This document shows positions 35,401 to 50,400 of a stretch of DNA of 64,000 bases, piece by piece. The stretch's first letter is position 1; each line of letters starts with the position of its first letter. The position numbers were made by a program, and so were the translations under genes. The stretch is from Octopus sinensis (lineage: Eukaryota), in NCBI RefSeq assembly GCF_006345805.1, contig NC_043002.1, forward strand, positions 46,128,001 to 46,192,000, written 5' to 3'. The notes beneath the pieces are model-generated. The model searched no databases, was not told the DNA's origin, and saw only the letters and a list, made by a program, of their open reading frames with translations.

Positions 35401-38400
35401 CTTTAGTTTTATCTACATTTACCCCTGTTCTTACAACAATAATACCATCTGATAAACTATTTTCCTCCAAAGAAAGATTATTTATTGAAAAACTGACACT
35501 TACTTATAGCCCATATACAATCCTTGAAAGATTTACATCATTTATACATACTGTTGTTTCTGGAACAACTGCATCAGTTAATCACACTGTTATTCCTATA
35601 ACAAATATGTTAAATCATAGTATATTTCCTTTAATAACTATACCAGTTAACCAGAGTATTTATTCTATAACAACAATACTATTTAATTATAGCCTTTCCC
35701 CTATGATGAATGCATCAGTTATTAACTATAGTATTTTTCCAGTAACATCTGTTTCCTCCAACTACAGTATTTTCCTTCCTACAGTCATACCATTCACCTA
35801 TAGTGCTTTTCCACACTTGAAAACCTCTTTTGACTATAGTAATGCTTCTCTAATAACTAAATCAGCCACCCATAGTATTTCTCTATCTATAACTATTTTT
35901 CTTGACGATAGTACTTCTATAACAGATACATATTTTAATCACACTATTCTTCCCAAATCAACTGTAACATTTAACCTTAGTATTATTCCTGTAACTAGTA
36001 TGTTTTTAAACCATAGTATTTTCCATATTTCTACTACAGAATTTACTCTTGGCTCTTTCCACGAAACATTATTAAACCAAAGTAGTGCTCCTATGATTAC
36101 ATCATTTAACCACAGTTCATTTCCAGTAATAACTAAATTGTTTAACCATACTCTTTTCACTACATTCATTTATCAAAGTATTATTCCTATATCAACCTTC
36201 TCATTTGACTATAGCATTTTTCTTACACCAACTTTATCATATTATCATGATACTGATTCATTAACAACCATATCATATAATCATAGTATTGTTCCTACAC
36301 CTGTAACATTTAGCTACAGTGTTCTTCCAATAACATCTTTACATAACTATACTATTTTTTCTATGACAAATATGCTTTTTTTCCATAGTACTGATTCAAA
36401 AATAATTGTGCCATATAACTATAGTACTGATCTAATAACAACCATACCTTTTAACTATAGTACTGATTCAAAAATGATGGCAATATTTAAACACAGTACT
36501 AATACAACAATTTCCTTTAATGATACACTTTTACTTGGAGCAAATACATCATATTACCATAGTATTGTTCCTGTAACAATCACTCCAGTTAATTTTAGTG
36601 TTTTTCCAATAGAAACCAGATTAATTAAACTTAGTATTATTCCTACAAGAGCCATGTTATTTAAACAAAGTACATCATTTCCTCAGTTAGATATTTCATT
36701 TGTTCAGAGCTTTTTCTCTAAAAAACATGTGTTATATAATCATAGTATGTTTCCTGAAACAACTGTTTTATTTAATCATAGTAAAATACCCATAACAGAT
36801 TTGTCATTTAATCATAGTATCATTCCTATAACAACAATGTCCATCAATCACAGTATCACACCTGTTTTCTTTAATTATAATATTATTTCTACTAGTTTGA
36901 TGTTTAGCCAGTCTTTTGTTATGGGATCAATGAGTCCAATTGTCTTGGTGTCTAAACAATCAATGATACACATAGATAGCAAGAATATAACAACAGAAGC
37001 TTGGATCTCAGACGCAAAGGATTATACAGTTCTCTCTTATAGAACTGAATGGAATAATTTGATAGGCATTGCACAAGTGGAAAGTAGAATGCCTGGTACT
37101 CTTGTTCCCCCAGTAAATATATCAACATATATGGTAAGAATATTGCCCAATTATCTTGAGAGTTCACCAGTAAGTATAATTTTGAGGAAGAATACATCAT
37201 TTTATCTCCATGACACAATAACTACGAAGAAAGATGAACACAAGTTCACTCATTTCATTTTGAAACATACTAAAATGGCCACAGACACCATAATAGATAG
37301 ACTCTCAACCCAGTCTATAACTTTCTTTGATGTTTCACATGGTTACATTTCCCCTTACAGCAGACCATTTTTTAAATCAGCAGATGAAAGAAGTCAACAT
37401 GCATACTCTATTTATACGGATGAAACTATCCCAGTTACAATTTCTCTAATTCAGTTTGCATCAGTTTTAATGAATACAACAAATGAACTTACTATACATG
37501 AAATAGAAACATATAAAACCTTTCCGTTTGAGTATTTTCCAATATTAATAACTCAGGTTAAAGGCATTGTTGATGAGAGCAGAACTTCCAGATCTTTAAT
37601 AGTTGAGGAAAGAACAGAATATCCAACCATGCGTCCAACAGTGACATTCAGACATCATATTGAGAGAACAAATACTGATAAAGTAGGGAGAATGAAAACG
37701 TCTGTAGACACTTCTTTAATATCACCAAAATTTACAACAGAGGGAAAGCTGACATATGATTACAGTTATATTACAGTAACATTGCCATTTGCTGTTGAAA
37801 CTGATGAGTCAAAAGTTTTCTATTATAAGTATAAAATTGAACCCTGTACTAAAATACATCTGTTGCCGAAATCAGACTTATTTATTTCACAAGAAAAGCA
37901 AAAACTGAATGCCACATCATCTGTAATTTTCTCTGAATATTTAATATCTACAACCAATGACTCATTCATAGAACACACTTCATTAACAAGACATGATAAA
38001 ATGTCAACAGATACAACAGCATTGGTAAATTTACAAGAGGGAACACAAAAATCTCTTACCAGCTTTGAACTGTTAGATTTTCAAAATTTAAGTTTTTCAA
38101 AAGAAATTTATTTACAAATTCCTGTAAAAACTTCCAGATTTACAGATTTCCATTTAATGCAATACACTGTGACACTATCTTTTTATGAAACTACTTCAAA
38201 TATACCTAAGTTGATCTCCAGTGATGACATCAAGGATTTTACCAAAATTCCAGACGTTAAATTTTCAAAATATTTTATCTCTGAAATAGATGCTAGTCAA
38301 CTGATCCAAACTTCATTCTACTCAATAAATGAAACAAAAAAATTATTTCCTCAAAGAACTTTATCAAAATATCTTAGCAGCAAGGAAGTTTCACATATTT

Positions 38401-41400
38401 ATGCTCCTTTTCAATCAGAAGTTACAGTAAAAATGTATATTACAGATTCAGGATCATCTGAAGTTACAGGAAAAATTATAACCAAGCCTATATTTTTTTC
38501 ACACTTTGTGTATACTATTTCAAATAAGACATATAAGATACAAAAGTCGGATAATTTAGAGGAGGAAGAGTACACGATTGGTTTTAATGTTTCTCCTAAG
38601 TATATTTCTGGGTCACCCATTACCAAAAGGTATAGTTTGACTTCAGCAGTCTTCACAAAACAAAAGGAATTTAAATTTGAAGATAGTAAGACCATACACA
38701 CAAAAACAATTTCTGTTTTAGATTTAAAGCAAGAAAATGTATCAAGAGCCAGTACAGTAGTGAAAGAAGAAAGCAAAGCACCAGAAGTTAGGACCAAGTG
38801 TTTAGAAAGTATTCCAACGATCTTTTATCAAACAACATATACAATAAAGTCATGCCTTTTTAATCATACTGGTACTACTAAAAAGAGTGAAATATTTGGA
38901 ACTTCAACTTTAGAATCAGGCGATATGTATAAATTAATTGAAACTAAAATTATTCCAGAAACAAGTAAGGAAACATCAACATATGTTACATTTACAAATT
39001 TATCCTATTCTATTTTAACACACTATCTTATTGAATCAAAGTCTTTTACATATGCAAATGCAACTAAAATTACATACAGTTATATAAATTATATTACAAT
39101 GAAACCAATTTACAAATTGAGTGAAGAAAAAACAAATGTTTCATGGGTAAACATTACAGACCTCCTTATTGAATCAATGAGAACAATAAAACCAAACATT
39201 TCAGATGAAATTTCTATGCCACAACAGTCAGAAATGGAACTTGTCCAAACTCTTCCTTCAGTACTATCTTTAGAACAAAGAAAGGAGATATATGTAATAT
39301 CAACAATTGCTGTAGAAACTGAAGCATATCTAACAAAAAGTCAACAAATACCTGATTATTTTTTGACACATATTATACAAACTAAAATAATGCATACAGA
39401 AACCGTGTCAGATAGGAAAACAAAATCTGTTACATTGAAACCTTTTCTTACTGATAAAACACTCATAAAAGATATTTTCTTAGATTTTGGTCATAAAAAT
39501 GATTCTCTTGGTTATTCAACATTATTTTCTTTTTTCAGCACAGCCTTAACGTTAAATGTTGTAGGAATGAACACATCAATTGAAGAGAGTCCTTTGGACA
39601 CTCTTGGTATTGGAAGCCTGGATAATACCAGAGGCTCTAAGCCAACTAGTTTTATAATGGAGACAGCAACCCAAATGATAACAGACCTTGTGACATACAA
39701 TTCTACTTTTGTTAAACAGGATTTGGGGAAATACACAGTATATGGAAAAAATGTATCACAGATAGCTACCCATCTATTTAGGGATTATACAGTAAGCCCA
39801 GAAACAACAAAAGAAACCATTTTTAAAGAAACACCAAGTTTGAATGCTACAAGTCCTGATGAAATTAAATACATTCATATTCCTAAATTTCAGTCACCAG
39901 CTTCATTGAACACTACAAATTTGATGGATACCACAACACTTTATAAAACCAAACAGAAAATTGAAACAATAACAGTAGGAAGAAGTAGTCATGAATTAGT
40001 ATTCCAACAAACATTAATAATATCAAATATATCAAAACTGCATTCTGTTTATACCAGTGAATCTTATGGAAAGAGAGAAATTCAGAAAACATTGCCAGGC
40101 TTTGAAACAATATTTGCAGAAAATCAAAGCACAATAAAAATAATGGAAAGTAGAATTACTTCATCATTATATCAATCTGATATCTCAATGCTTTTAACAA
40201 AGGATTTTAATATTCAAATGACAACTGTGGATCCTTATTTGATAAATACTACAGAAACATTTGAGTGGCAACGAAGTACGCATACCAAGATATTTGTTAT
40301 CTCTACAAATTTGACAGGTGTACTAAATAAAACAATAAGCAACATTACATCTGTTGAGGGAAAAATAGGTTCTTCTGCACCTGAAATCAAAACATTCATA
40401 TTAGGATTCATAACATCTGAAACTAGTAAACAAAGCTTCACATACTCTCGAACAGCAACTATTTATCCCAAACAAATTGATATTATTGATAGTTATGTGA
40501 CTAACATTAGCACAGAAACTATTTCTATAATACCAATAAGTACCTTGAAGATTAAGGAAACATATTCTGCTCCAGAGGAAATTAGTATTTTTCCAACAAA
40601 CACGACATATTCAAGTGAGTTCATATGGGTTCAATTACTATCAAATACAATTTCAGAAGTTCCCGAAATCATTTCCAGTTTAGAAATTACAACTCCAGTG
40701 AAAGAACTTAGCATTTTGGTGAGCAGTAATTTTACATATGTTTCAAGACAAAAGTTGTCAAAACCAAAAACTTTTACAATCCCATTTCCTCCATTGAAAG
40801 AGGTTTCAAAGAGTCAATTTATTTTTCCTGGGAAAACTTCAATGAAAATAAAGCATACACCTTTTAAAACAACAGTATTTTCTTTAATGAAACCAAAAAA
40901 TGTTTCAAAGACATTTGAAATTTCCGTTGCTTCTATATTTCAAGACACTACAGATAAATTTCATTTGCCACGTAAAGTTGTTGATAAATTTGTTTCTATT
41001 CAAAAATATTTCCCACAATTAACAGAAACTACTACAACTGTTTCTTATTTTTTCAATTTAACTGAAAAACTATCAGTTGGAGTACCACAAGATGCTTCAT
41101 GGGAAATGAGAAGCAAGATGACATTTCCATTACAAACATATAAAGAAATTTCAACAAAATATAGAGAAAAGATACATAAACAATCTATTAAAAGACATCT
41201 TCCATCAAAAATACTTATAACTTTTTCAACAAAGTTTGATTTTAGGTATTTAGACAGCTTAAAAACGTATCCCTATACAATATTCTTTTCTCTCAAACCC
41301 CAACTCACTACAGAGATACAGTCATTAGAAAGTCAGCCTGGTCTCACTCAGAAGCAGAGAATAGCTACACATTCACTATTTGGTGTTCTACACACACAAA

Positions 41401-44400
41401 CCAAAAAAAGCAGTGAGCTGGACGAACTAAAGAAAGTGTTTGCAATTTCATACAGACCAACTGTTGATACATATTTTTCTGCATTGACAACAGATATTAA
41501 ACTAACTACAGTTATAACACATCAGACTCCTATCCTCAACATATATTTTTTATCAAAAGATTTTAAACCAACTACTATTAAGTATACATTCCAGAAATTG
41601 CAGTCAACAATTAGAGATATGACAGATAGCTACACCACAGCAGCAATACCTATTATAATGACCAGCCCAACCACTAGCACACATTCATCAATAACATTTC
41701 CAACAGTAAGAGATAAATACACAAGTAGACAACCATTCCTAAGTATAGATTCATCTTTAATGCAAACAGAATTATTGAGCGATGACTTTATGAAATTTAA
41801 AACACACAAAGACATATTGACCAAAGAGATAGCTATTACACCTATTGAAGACAGTAGTGGATTAACTAAACAAACAGTTTCGAGTTATTTAATTGATGTA
41901 TCTTCATTAAGTAGGTTTCAGAGTTATGCCAGTGAACTGCTGGTTCATACAACAATTGAAACAATTCAAAAATCTTTTGCTGAAGAGGATTTCACTAAGA
42001 TACTTACATATGAAACATTTTCAAAACCAATTCAAGGTCAATCTGTGGCAGATGGCATACTTATTTTGAGCCAAAGAGTTGATGTGTTCCAATCTTTTGA
42101 TGTAATAATCACTGCTAAATCAGGTTTAACTTCTATTCCTGATCCACTTCTAATGAATACAACTGCTAAAGAACTTCTATTGTCTTTATTTACAAACACT
42201 TCTGCTCCTTCAGAAGAAATTTTTGTATCAGTTGACAGTATTGGTCAGTTTAATGAATCTAATCTAATCTATATCATAACAACTAGCAAACTACTTCCAG
42301 AAAGTTCTACTAGATCATTATCTTTTCAACAGTATATTAAAGGAACTACCATGATTCTAGAAATGGAGACTGAGAGAAAAATGAAATTTTTAAGAATGGA
42401 GATTTTAAGTGACTTTCTTATAACTTCACCTACCAAAATCAAGAAAATAACACCAAGAGTAGTAATTACAGAAAAGCCTGAAATTGCTGTTTCTTTTTTT
42501 AATATATCACATGAAAAGTATAACTTTACTTTATCTCTAAGTAGTATGTCTTTTGAAAGTCAAACAACATCAAGTTTTGAGGTTGAAAGAACTCAATACA
42601 GAAGCTTTGAATTAAGTTTTGTAACAGGGTCTGTTAAAAAAGTGAATAGGAGTGAAATACACTACAGTAAAGAAATGGCTGGAATAAAATATGCAACGCA
42701 AAGGGCATGGTTTGATGTTTCAAATGTTTCAACAAAGGTTGCAAAACCAATCAGACCATCAATCGATGGGTTGAAATTCAAAAGTTTATCTACACCAGAT
42801 GAAAAGAGTAAAGTAATTGTTACTCCATCTGATACATTTCAACTACAATTACTTCATTCTATGATAGATCGGCATCAAACCCAAGGATTTAGTTCAATGT
42901 GGATGATGAAAAAGAAACAAGAATATCTAGAAATCTCAAGAGAAACAACTCATATGCCCGATGAAAAGATTACTAAATATTCTATAGAAACATTCAAATT
43001 TTTTACTGTAGCTGATGAAACTGATAGCAATGTAATACAGATTACATCAGCTGTGACATCTATGATACAATATAGACCATTAAGTATGGCAGTTAAAACA
43101 GAATTTTCATTATCTTCTGTGACCCCTAAAAAAGAAACAACACTTCCAACTATAACACTTCCTACATCTCCAACTATGATCCTCAGATCACGGTTTACAG
43201 TGACAACTATGACTTCTGTAGCACAATCTGCATCTCCAACCAAGTTTCTTTTCCTGCAGACCAAAACACAATCAAATATAATTACAATTCTATCAACTCA
43301 GTATAAATCACCAATGATAACCTATGAAACACAGTCTACATCATCAGTTATGAATTCTACAATAAAAATTGATCCACTGACTGTAAGCTCTATAACACTG
43401 ATTTCATCAAGTGTAACCAATAAAACATATATTACACCACTGTCACTACTACTAAATATGACTCACATAACATGTACTACATCACCAAATATTACTTCTT
43501 TAATACAGTCGACATTAAGTATCATACCTAAAATTAAGATTCTCCCATTATCTACAGCATATATAATTCAAAGAATATCATCAACTAAAAGATTAACTAT
43601 ATCTTCAACAATGATTCCCCCCACAGAATTTATATCAGTAATTATAACACCTACAATACAGCCTAAATCCCCAACTATGACTCCTCATATAACACAATCT
43701 ATGTCACCAACTAAGCTTCCTATACTATGGACTAGACCACTAACTAAACAACTGAAAACACCACAATCTAGTTTCTTTAAAGTACAATTAACATCAACAG
43801 CCACTACTTTATTAAAGCAAGCTAGATCACAAACTGTGACCCTTACAAGGCAACCTGCACAGTCTTCTCCAACAATTCCTCTTCTAATATCAAGAACTAT
43901 ATCATTAGTCATCAAGGAAACATTTGTTTATTTTTCACCTCAGACATTACAGCATTTGATAGAAAGTGATACTGGGGATCAAATATATGATATCAATGGT
44001 CAACAATTACTGACATTACAAACGACAGCTGGTTATTCTGATATAGCAATAACCACAGGAATAATAGTTCAAGTGTTTGATGAAACATTAAAAACTATGT
44101 CATGGGGTAAGACATCCAACTGGGTTACCACAACTACTACTAGGGAAGTAACTGATGGCTATGACACAATGAAAAGTATCATTAGCCTTGCGAAAACCAT
44201 TACCACTCATAAAACAAATGTAACAACAAGCAAAAGTACAGGTAGCTACCCATATTCTCCTTACAGTGTGCACAGATTTAATAAAACTGTTTCTAGTAAT
44301 TTATTCAAAGAAATTTCCACAGTCACTGCAAAGGTTACTAAAATACTTCAAATACATAATGCTACAGAAACAATGCCTGGAGATTTTGATGAATTTCAAA

Positions 44401-47400
44401 TCAATATGTTTATGGCAACATTCACTGTTGGGGTCTTATTTGATGGGCTAAAAATGAAAGAATTTACAGAATTATTTTCCAAGGAATCTTCTACTTTCCT
44501 ATCATTGCCTGATGGTTTAATAAATACAACTACTCCTTTTATAGTATTTACATCTCTTGACAGAAGCACAATCAAAGACATGACTGCTGTTAGTTACCAC
44601 AGAAAACAGTTTTTCATTTCTGAGCATTTGGTAACGGTCACTGATGCTAGAGACTCGCTTATGATTATAACACAGGTTCCAATATATGACTATTTTTTAA
44701 GCAGTTCTGTAGTCACTGATATTTATTTGCTTTCACTAACAGAAATAACAAAAAGGGAAAGAGATTACATTACAGCAACGCTGTCAATGACTCAAATTTC
44801 TTCAGAGGTTTACACAATAATCTATGTAGCTAAAGATATTTTGGTGGAAAAAGGATTGGATAATATGACAAATGTAATTGAAATGACTTTTCCAAACACA
44901 AGTACTAAAGGTGAATATCTAACACAACCAGTAATTCCATATGGAAAAGTTGATAACAGAACAAAGACAGTCATAGAATTAAGATCTTCAAATTACTTAG
45001 AAGGTTCATTATCTTTTCCTTCTATGACTGTTCATATCATAGATAAAGACAGTGTATCAACTCCTACTGTTCAATGTACTGTGAGACATACAAGTACTGA
45101 GATACCATCAAGATTGACACATGTTCAAAAACTCTCAGAAATGCTCACTCTTAAAAGGGAGACTCCATTTACCACAGATATTGATACTAAATCATTAGCT
45201 GTACCAATTAAAAAAATGACTGCACATTTTACAGTTTTTTCAAAGATTCCCACAGAGAGACTGTCAGAAAAATATAAGTATACAACCAGAAATGAAACTA
45301 AAATACTGGCAAGTACTTCAACTGAAAAGTCCTCACAAATTACTACTGACTTCAGACATATTTTGTTTCAAGATTTGACTCAAACAATTCAATATGAAAC
45401 AACAAGTGATGATCAGGATTTTCAAGTAGATTTTGATGAAACTTCCACTAGAAAAAGATATATTTACTTGAATAAAACAATTATAGAGGGATATATTTAT
45501 ACTGGCTCTGCAGACTCTACCCATATGGCATCATCATATTCTATTGATATATTTCATCCTGTAACTTCTACTCTCTTAAAGTATGGTACTATACTATTTG
45601 ATCTGTATACAACACAAATTATGGTTGAAACTACTACCAGTATTTTCCAGAGACATACTGTAACTGATTATCCATACACATCTACTAAACAATTTAAAAT
45701 CAGTACAACAGATATAACAAGCCAAAAAATATTATACACATACTTTAAAGATTTATCAAAGAGCAGAGATATGTGCTTATGGGACAGTAAAGATTCTAGC
45801 TGTGTTGAAGCCCAACTAACTGATCTAAAAACGACAAGTCAGCAAGAAGAGTACCAAAAAATGATTAAAGAAATACTTATATCAAAAGGTGACAGTTCAT
45901 ATGAAATGTTAACAGAGTCTTCCAGTGTTAATGTAACATTAGATTTCCAAATTATAAGGAAACAAACAAAGGAATTCATGAAATTGTTTAACACAGTGAC
46001 TAATCCTATGATAGAGTTCAAAAGTTATTCAGATATATCCCTAACTCAATCAAGTAGAGGTGCAAGTTCAGACAGATATATTAAGCTTATAGCAAAGGGA
46101 TTTGTAACTGAACATGTGCTGAGTGACAGACAAACTGACAGTCAACAATCTTTTCTTGTTACTGATGTTCAGTTTCTGGTTCCCAGTCAGCCGAGCATAG
46201 TACCAATTGATAGCACATTTCTGAGCCAATCTATCAAAATATCAATAGAAACAGTGACTGTCATTACAATAATAAAAGTACCAATAAAAACTGCTAGTCT
46301 TAGTCAGTCTATGAAAGTAGTTACAGAAGCAGTAATATCAAGTCTGTTTACCAAAAGACCAATAAAAACAGTAATTGCCAGTCAATCTATGGAAAAACCA
46401 AAACAAATATCTGTTAAATCTTGGAAAGCATTTATGGTGACTGAGGCCCAAATATCAACATCAAATTATGTCACAGGAATTATTCAGAGAATAGGTGTTC
46501 CCTCTGATAAAATATTATATGATGACTTTAGTATGTCTGAGAGTCCATTGTTTAGGACAAGTTTCCGTCTGTGGTGGAAAAAGGCAGAAAAAGTCACAGA
46601 GCTTGAAAGAATGAAGATTAAGCTCGATTATGAATCAACTATGAAAACAAAAATTGGAATGTTGAAGTCAACAGAAATACACAAAGATACAGTTTTTGAC
46701 AAAATGCCTAAAATAATATTTAGATATAGCCTGACCACCCCAGATATAACTGATGTTACCACACCAATGAAAAATCTTAGTTATTTTGAGATTTTAAATG
46801 CTACTACACCTGAAATTGCCAGTATATCATATAAACATCTGAAAGCAGAAATAAAAGATTATCAATTAAAATCCTTTACTCTTGTTGATGTTGATTACCA
46901 GATGCAAAACACATCTCTATGTACTTTCCAAACAGATTTAGGTAAGAAAACAGTAACAGATATGTCATCACCCTCCAGCCTACACCCCAAACCATTTATA
47001 AAAGATGTATTGTGGATGGCTGCAACTCCAGGCTTTAGAGATTATATGGAAACTATAATTATAGAGGTTGCTTCAAATGTTAGCCTGATTGTAACAACAC
47101 CTAATGCTACTTTGTATAGGAGTTTAACGATTCATTCTAGTGGAAAAATTAAGGCTTTGGAAAGGGATATTACTATGAAGGCCATTTATCTTGGATATAA
47201 ACTGCCAGCAAGAACTACTGTTAGCATCAAACAAACATTATTAAGTAGTGTCAAGACAATACACTTAAGTCAAGATGATTCAACAATTATGTCAAAAAGA
47301 TTAATAGAATTAGCTACTAATACAATAACATATGAAATATCAAAATATGAACAAGGAATACAAACATTAAGTGTTACTAATTACTATAAAGTTCAAAGAG

Positions 47401-50400
47401 ATAGTGTGAGTTTAATATTTGAGAATGTGGAAATCACAACCTATGAAAGTTTGACAACGGAAAAAATAAAAACTATTAGACAAGAAACTAGATTGACTTA
47501 TTATGATAGTGCTCATACAGGCATATTTAATGAACTGAAATTATTATCAACAAGCAAAGAATTAAGTTCAGAAAGTAAAAAAAAAATGACTATGGAAAGC
47601 AAGCAGTTTATCAGAAAAACAGATGATGTTTTGCTTTATGGTTATGTTACAAAATCTGTGAAAACAGAGCCTATCAGTAAAGACATGTTCCTTGATAAAA
47701 GATTTTATGAAATAATAAAAGTCTCTACAGTTTCACACTTGCCAACTGATACCAAACAGCTGGTAGTTGCAACAGATTATAAAATAAAGAATGAAACAAG
47801 TTTTGACTTGAAACTCATCAGTAAAATGGAAGATAAAGATATTGAAAAATATGTAAAAACTGATAGACATTTGATACTACACACTGGCAATACCACACAC
47901 TCATTATTTTTACTTCAATATAGAAATCTAACATCTGAAAGTATATTTGATAGTATTATAACAAAAATATATCCAAGACTAACCACAGAGGCAAAAATTA
48001 TAAAAGACCTAATGACTCCAAGTCAGTATTCTCATTCAATGATATCTGAAAAACTTACAGCAAAAGATGTAATATACAGATTATCTGAAACATCAAAAAT
48101 AGATTCCAGTCATTTAGATATGAAATATTTTCATATTAATGATTCTTCTCTATCCTTGGTAATTCCTCACATGACAAAAGCATTAAGCTTTGATAAAATA
48201 TCAGATGTCATGTCTTCATTAATAATACTAAAGTCAACAACAGGTACAAGTGTAACAGTGATACCATCTATAGCAGAGCCAAAAACAAGTAAAATGTTTG
48301 CTGCTGTATTCATTGATAGCATTACACAAGATAAATTATTATCGACTATAGGAACATTAGTTAATTACACAGAGGAATTTATAAGTAAAAGCACAATGGT
48401 AACTGATGTTACAGAAACATTTCTAAAAGACGATATTAAAATGAGTATAAAATATCTGTTACCAGTAAGAGCATCAACAAGTCCTTCACACACAGTTTAT
48501 TTAAACATTACAGAGTCAACAATAATTCCTGTACACCAGTCAAGAACTGATTCTACTGAATTCTTCCCAACATCAGGAACACTAGGATATATTTCTACTA
48601 CCATCAATACATTTCCAGTGTACTCAATATTTCCTGTTCTTCATGTTAATGTAACAACAGCTAGTTTAAAGAGTGATATACTATTAACCTATGACAGTTT
48701 ACATACAGCTTCTAGCTTTATTACAGAGAAATATATTGCTCCACTTACTCAGAAAACTGTACAAACAGATATTACAAAAAAGGGGTCTATAGCACAAGTT
48801 TTTCAGCGTAAAATGACTAGTACCTCATTAAAAATAAGTTCTTTGATTGATATGACAACACGTTTCTCTATAACCAAAAAGCATCAAGAAACAATGGAAA
48901 TCTCTAAGGTTCATATAGTAAGCTCATCATATCCAACCCAAAGAGCATTGAGTTACAAAATAATATCTTCTGTAGCTTCAGTTGCTGAAACTTCTAAGAG
49001 AAATGGTACAGCAGTATTAGGAAAATTAGTCAAGGAGCTCAAACTGGGGGATGTAACAATTGCTGAAGAATACATTCTATTTGGAATTCCTACTACTCAA
49101 TCAATTAAAACCTTTATAGTTAGTAAAATGGAAAGTAAGGTTATTAGTGATAATATTACTGAAGTGCAAGACAAAAGTACCACAATTATCTCAAGTGTCT
49201 CTGCAGAAATATCACATATTGGTGTTTCTAAAAAACATTTTAAACTTCAACATTTTTCAGAGCAAATTTTTCAAAATTTTTCCTCAGAAAATAAGACTTA
49301 CAGTGTATTATTTGTTGGTTTATCAACTACTAAACAACATCAGGATACATTCAAAATAAATGACACTATCTTGAAAAAGCCAACAATCCAAGATGGTTTT
49401 CAACAAATTCAGTTAGAGACTTTATCAACATCATTTCCAATCCTTGCTCAATATTCAGAAACAGCAAGCTCTGAAATCTTATTAAAAGTATTTCCAGAAT
49501 TATGGTCAACCAAAATTTATCAACCACTAAGCAGTGTTACTGTGAAAAGTATCCAATCAGCAGACACTACTATGTCAACAGACTTATTTCATGCAATTCT
49601 GGAAACTACAGACATAATAGGTCATGAAAATGTTTCCTATTTAGATGAATACAATATATCCCAGACCAAGCTTCTACTTCTTAAATCAATGGAAACTTTT
49701 AACACAACAGTACCATTGATTTTAAAAAAGAAAACACTCGGTATGACAACGGTTCAAATCATGCCTTTCCAATATTATTCAGATGAAATAAAAATAATCG
49801 ATACCACAACAATTCAAATGGTATTATTTTCATCATCTCCTGATATTTCTACACTCAGAATATTATCTCACTATTATCCAGATAAAAGAAAAGTATTTAA
49901 TATTACTATGATTCAAATGACACCATCTAAATATCATCCTTATGAAATGATATCTATTGAAAGTGGCTATAGTAAACCTATTGTAGTGACTGCTATGAGA
50001 AGCATAAACATCTCAAAAAGTGAACTGGTTCAGGGAAAAGATATGCTGCAAATCACTAAATTATCTGTTTTACCAACTTTTAGCAAAAGTTTTATAAGAC
50101 TTACTTCAGCTAAACTTACAACATCCATCACTACGGAACCACCAAAACCATTTGTTCTAGGTAGTGTCATAAGCTTGATAATAAATACTGTAATACCACT
50201 AACATTTTCAGAGTCTGAAACTGAAATGATATATAATGTATCTAGGGTGCTAACACCTTTCAATAGAAGCATTTCAGATGAAACTACAGGTGATGAGTTT
50301 ATAGATGTGCCAAGTATTACAAAATTTCATCAAGAACCACTGAGTGTGGTCACCTTAGGCGATAAAAGAGTATTATTTCATTCAACAGCTGGAGAACTTT

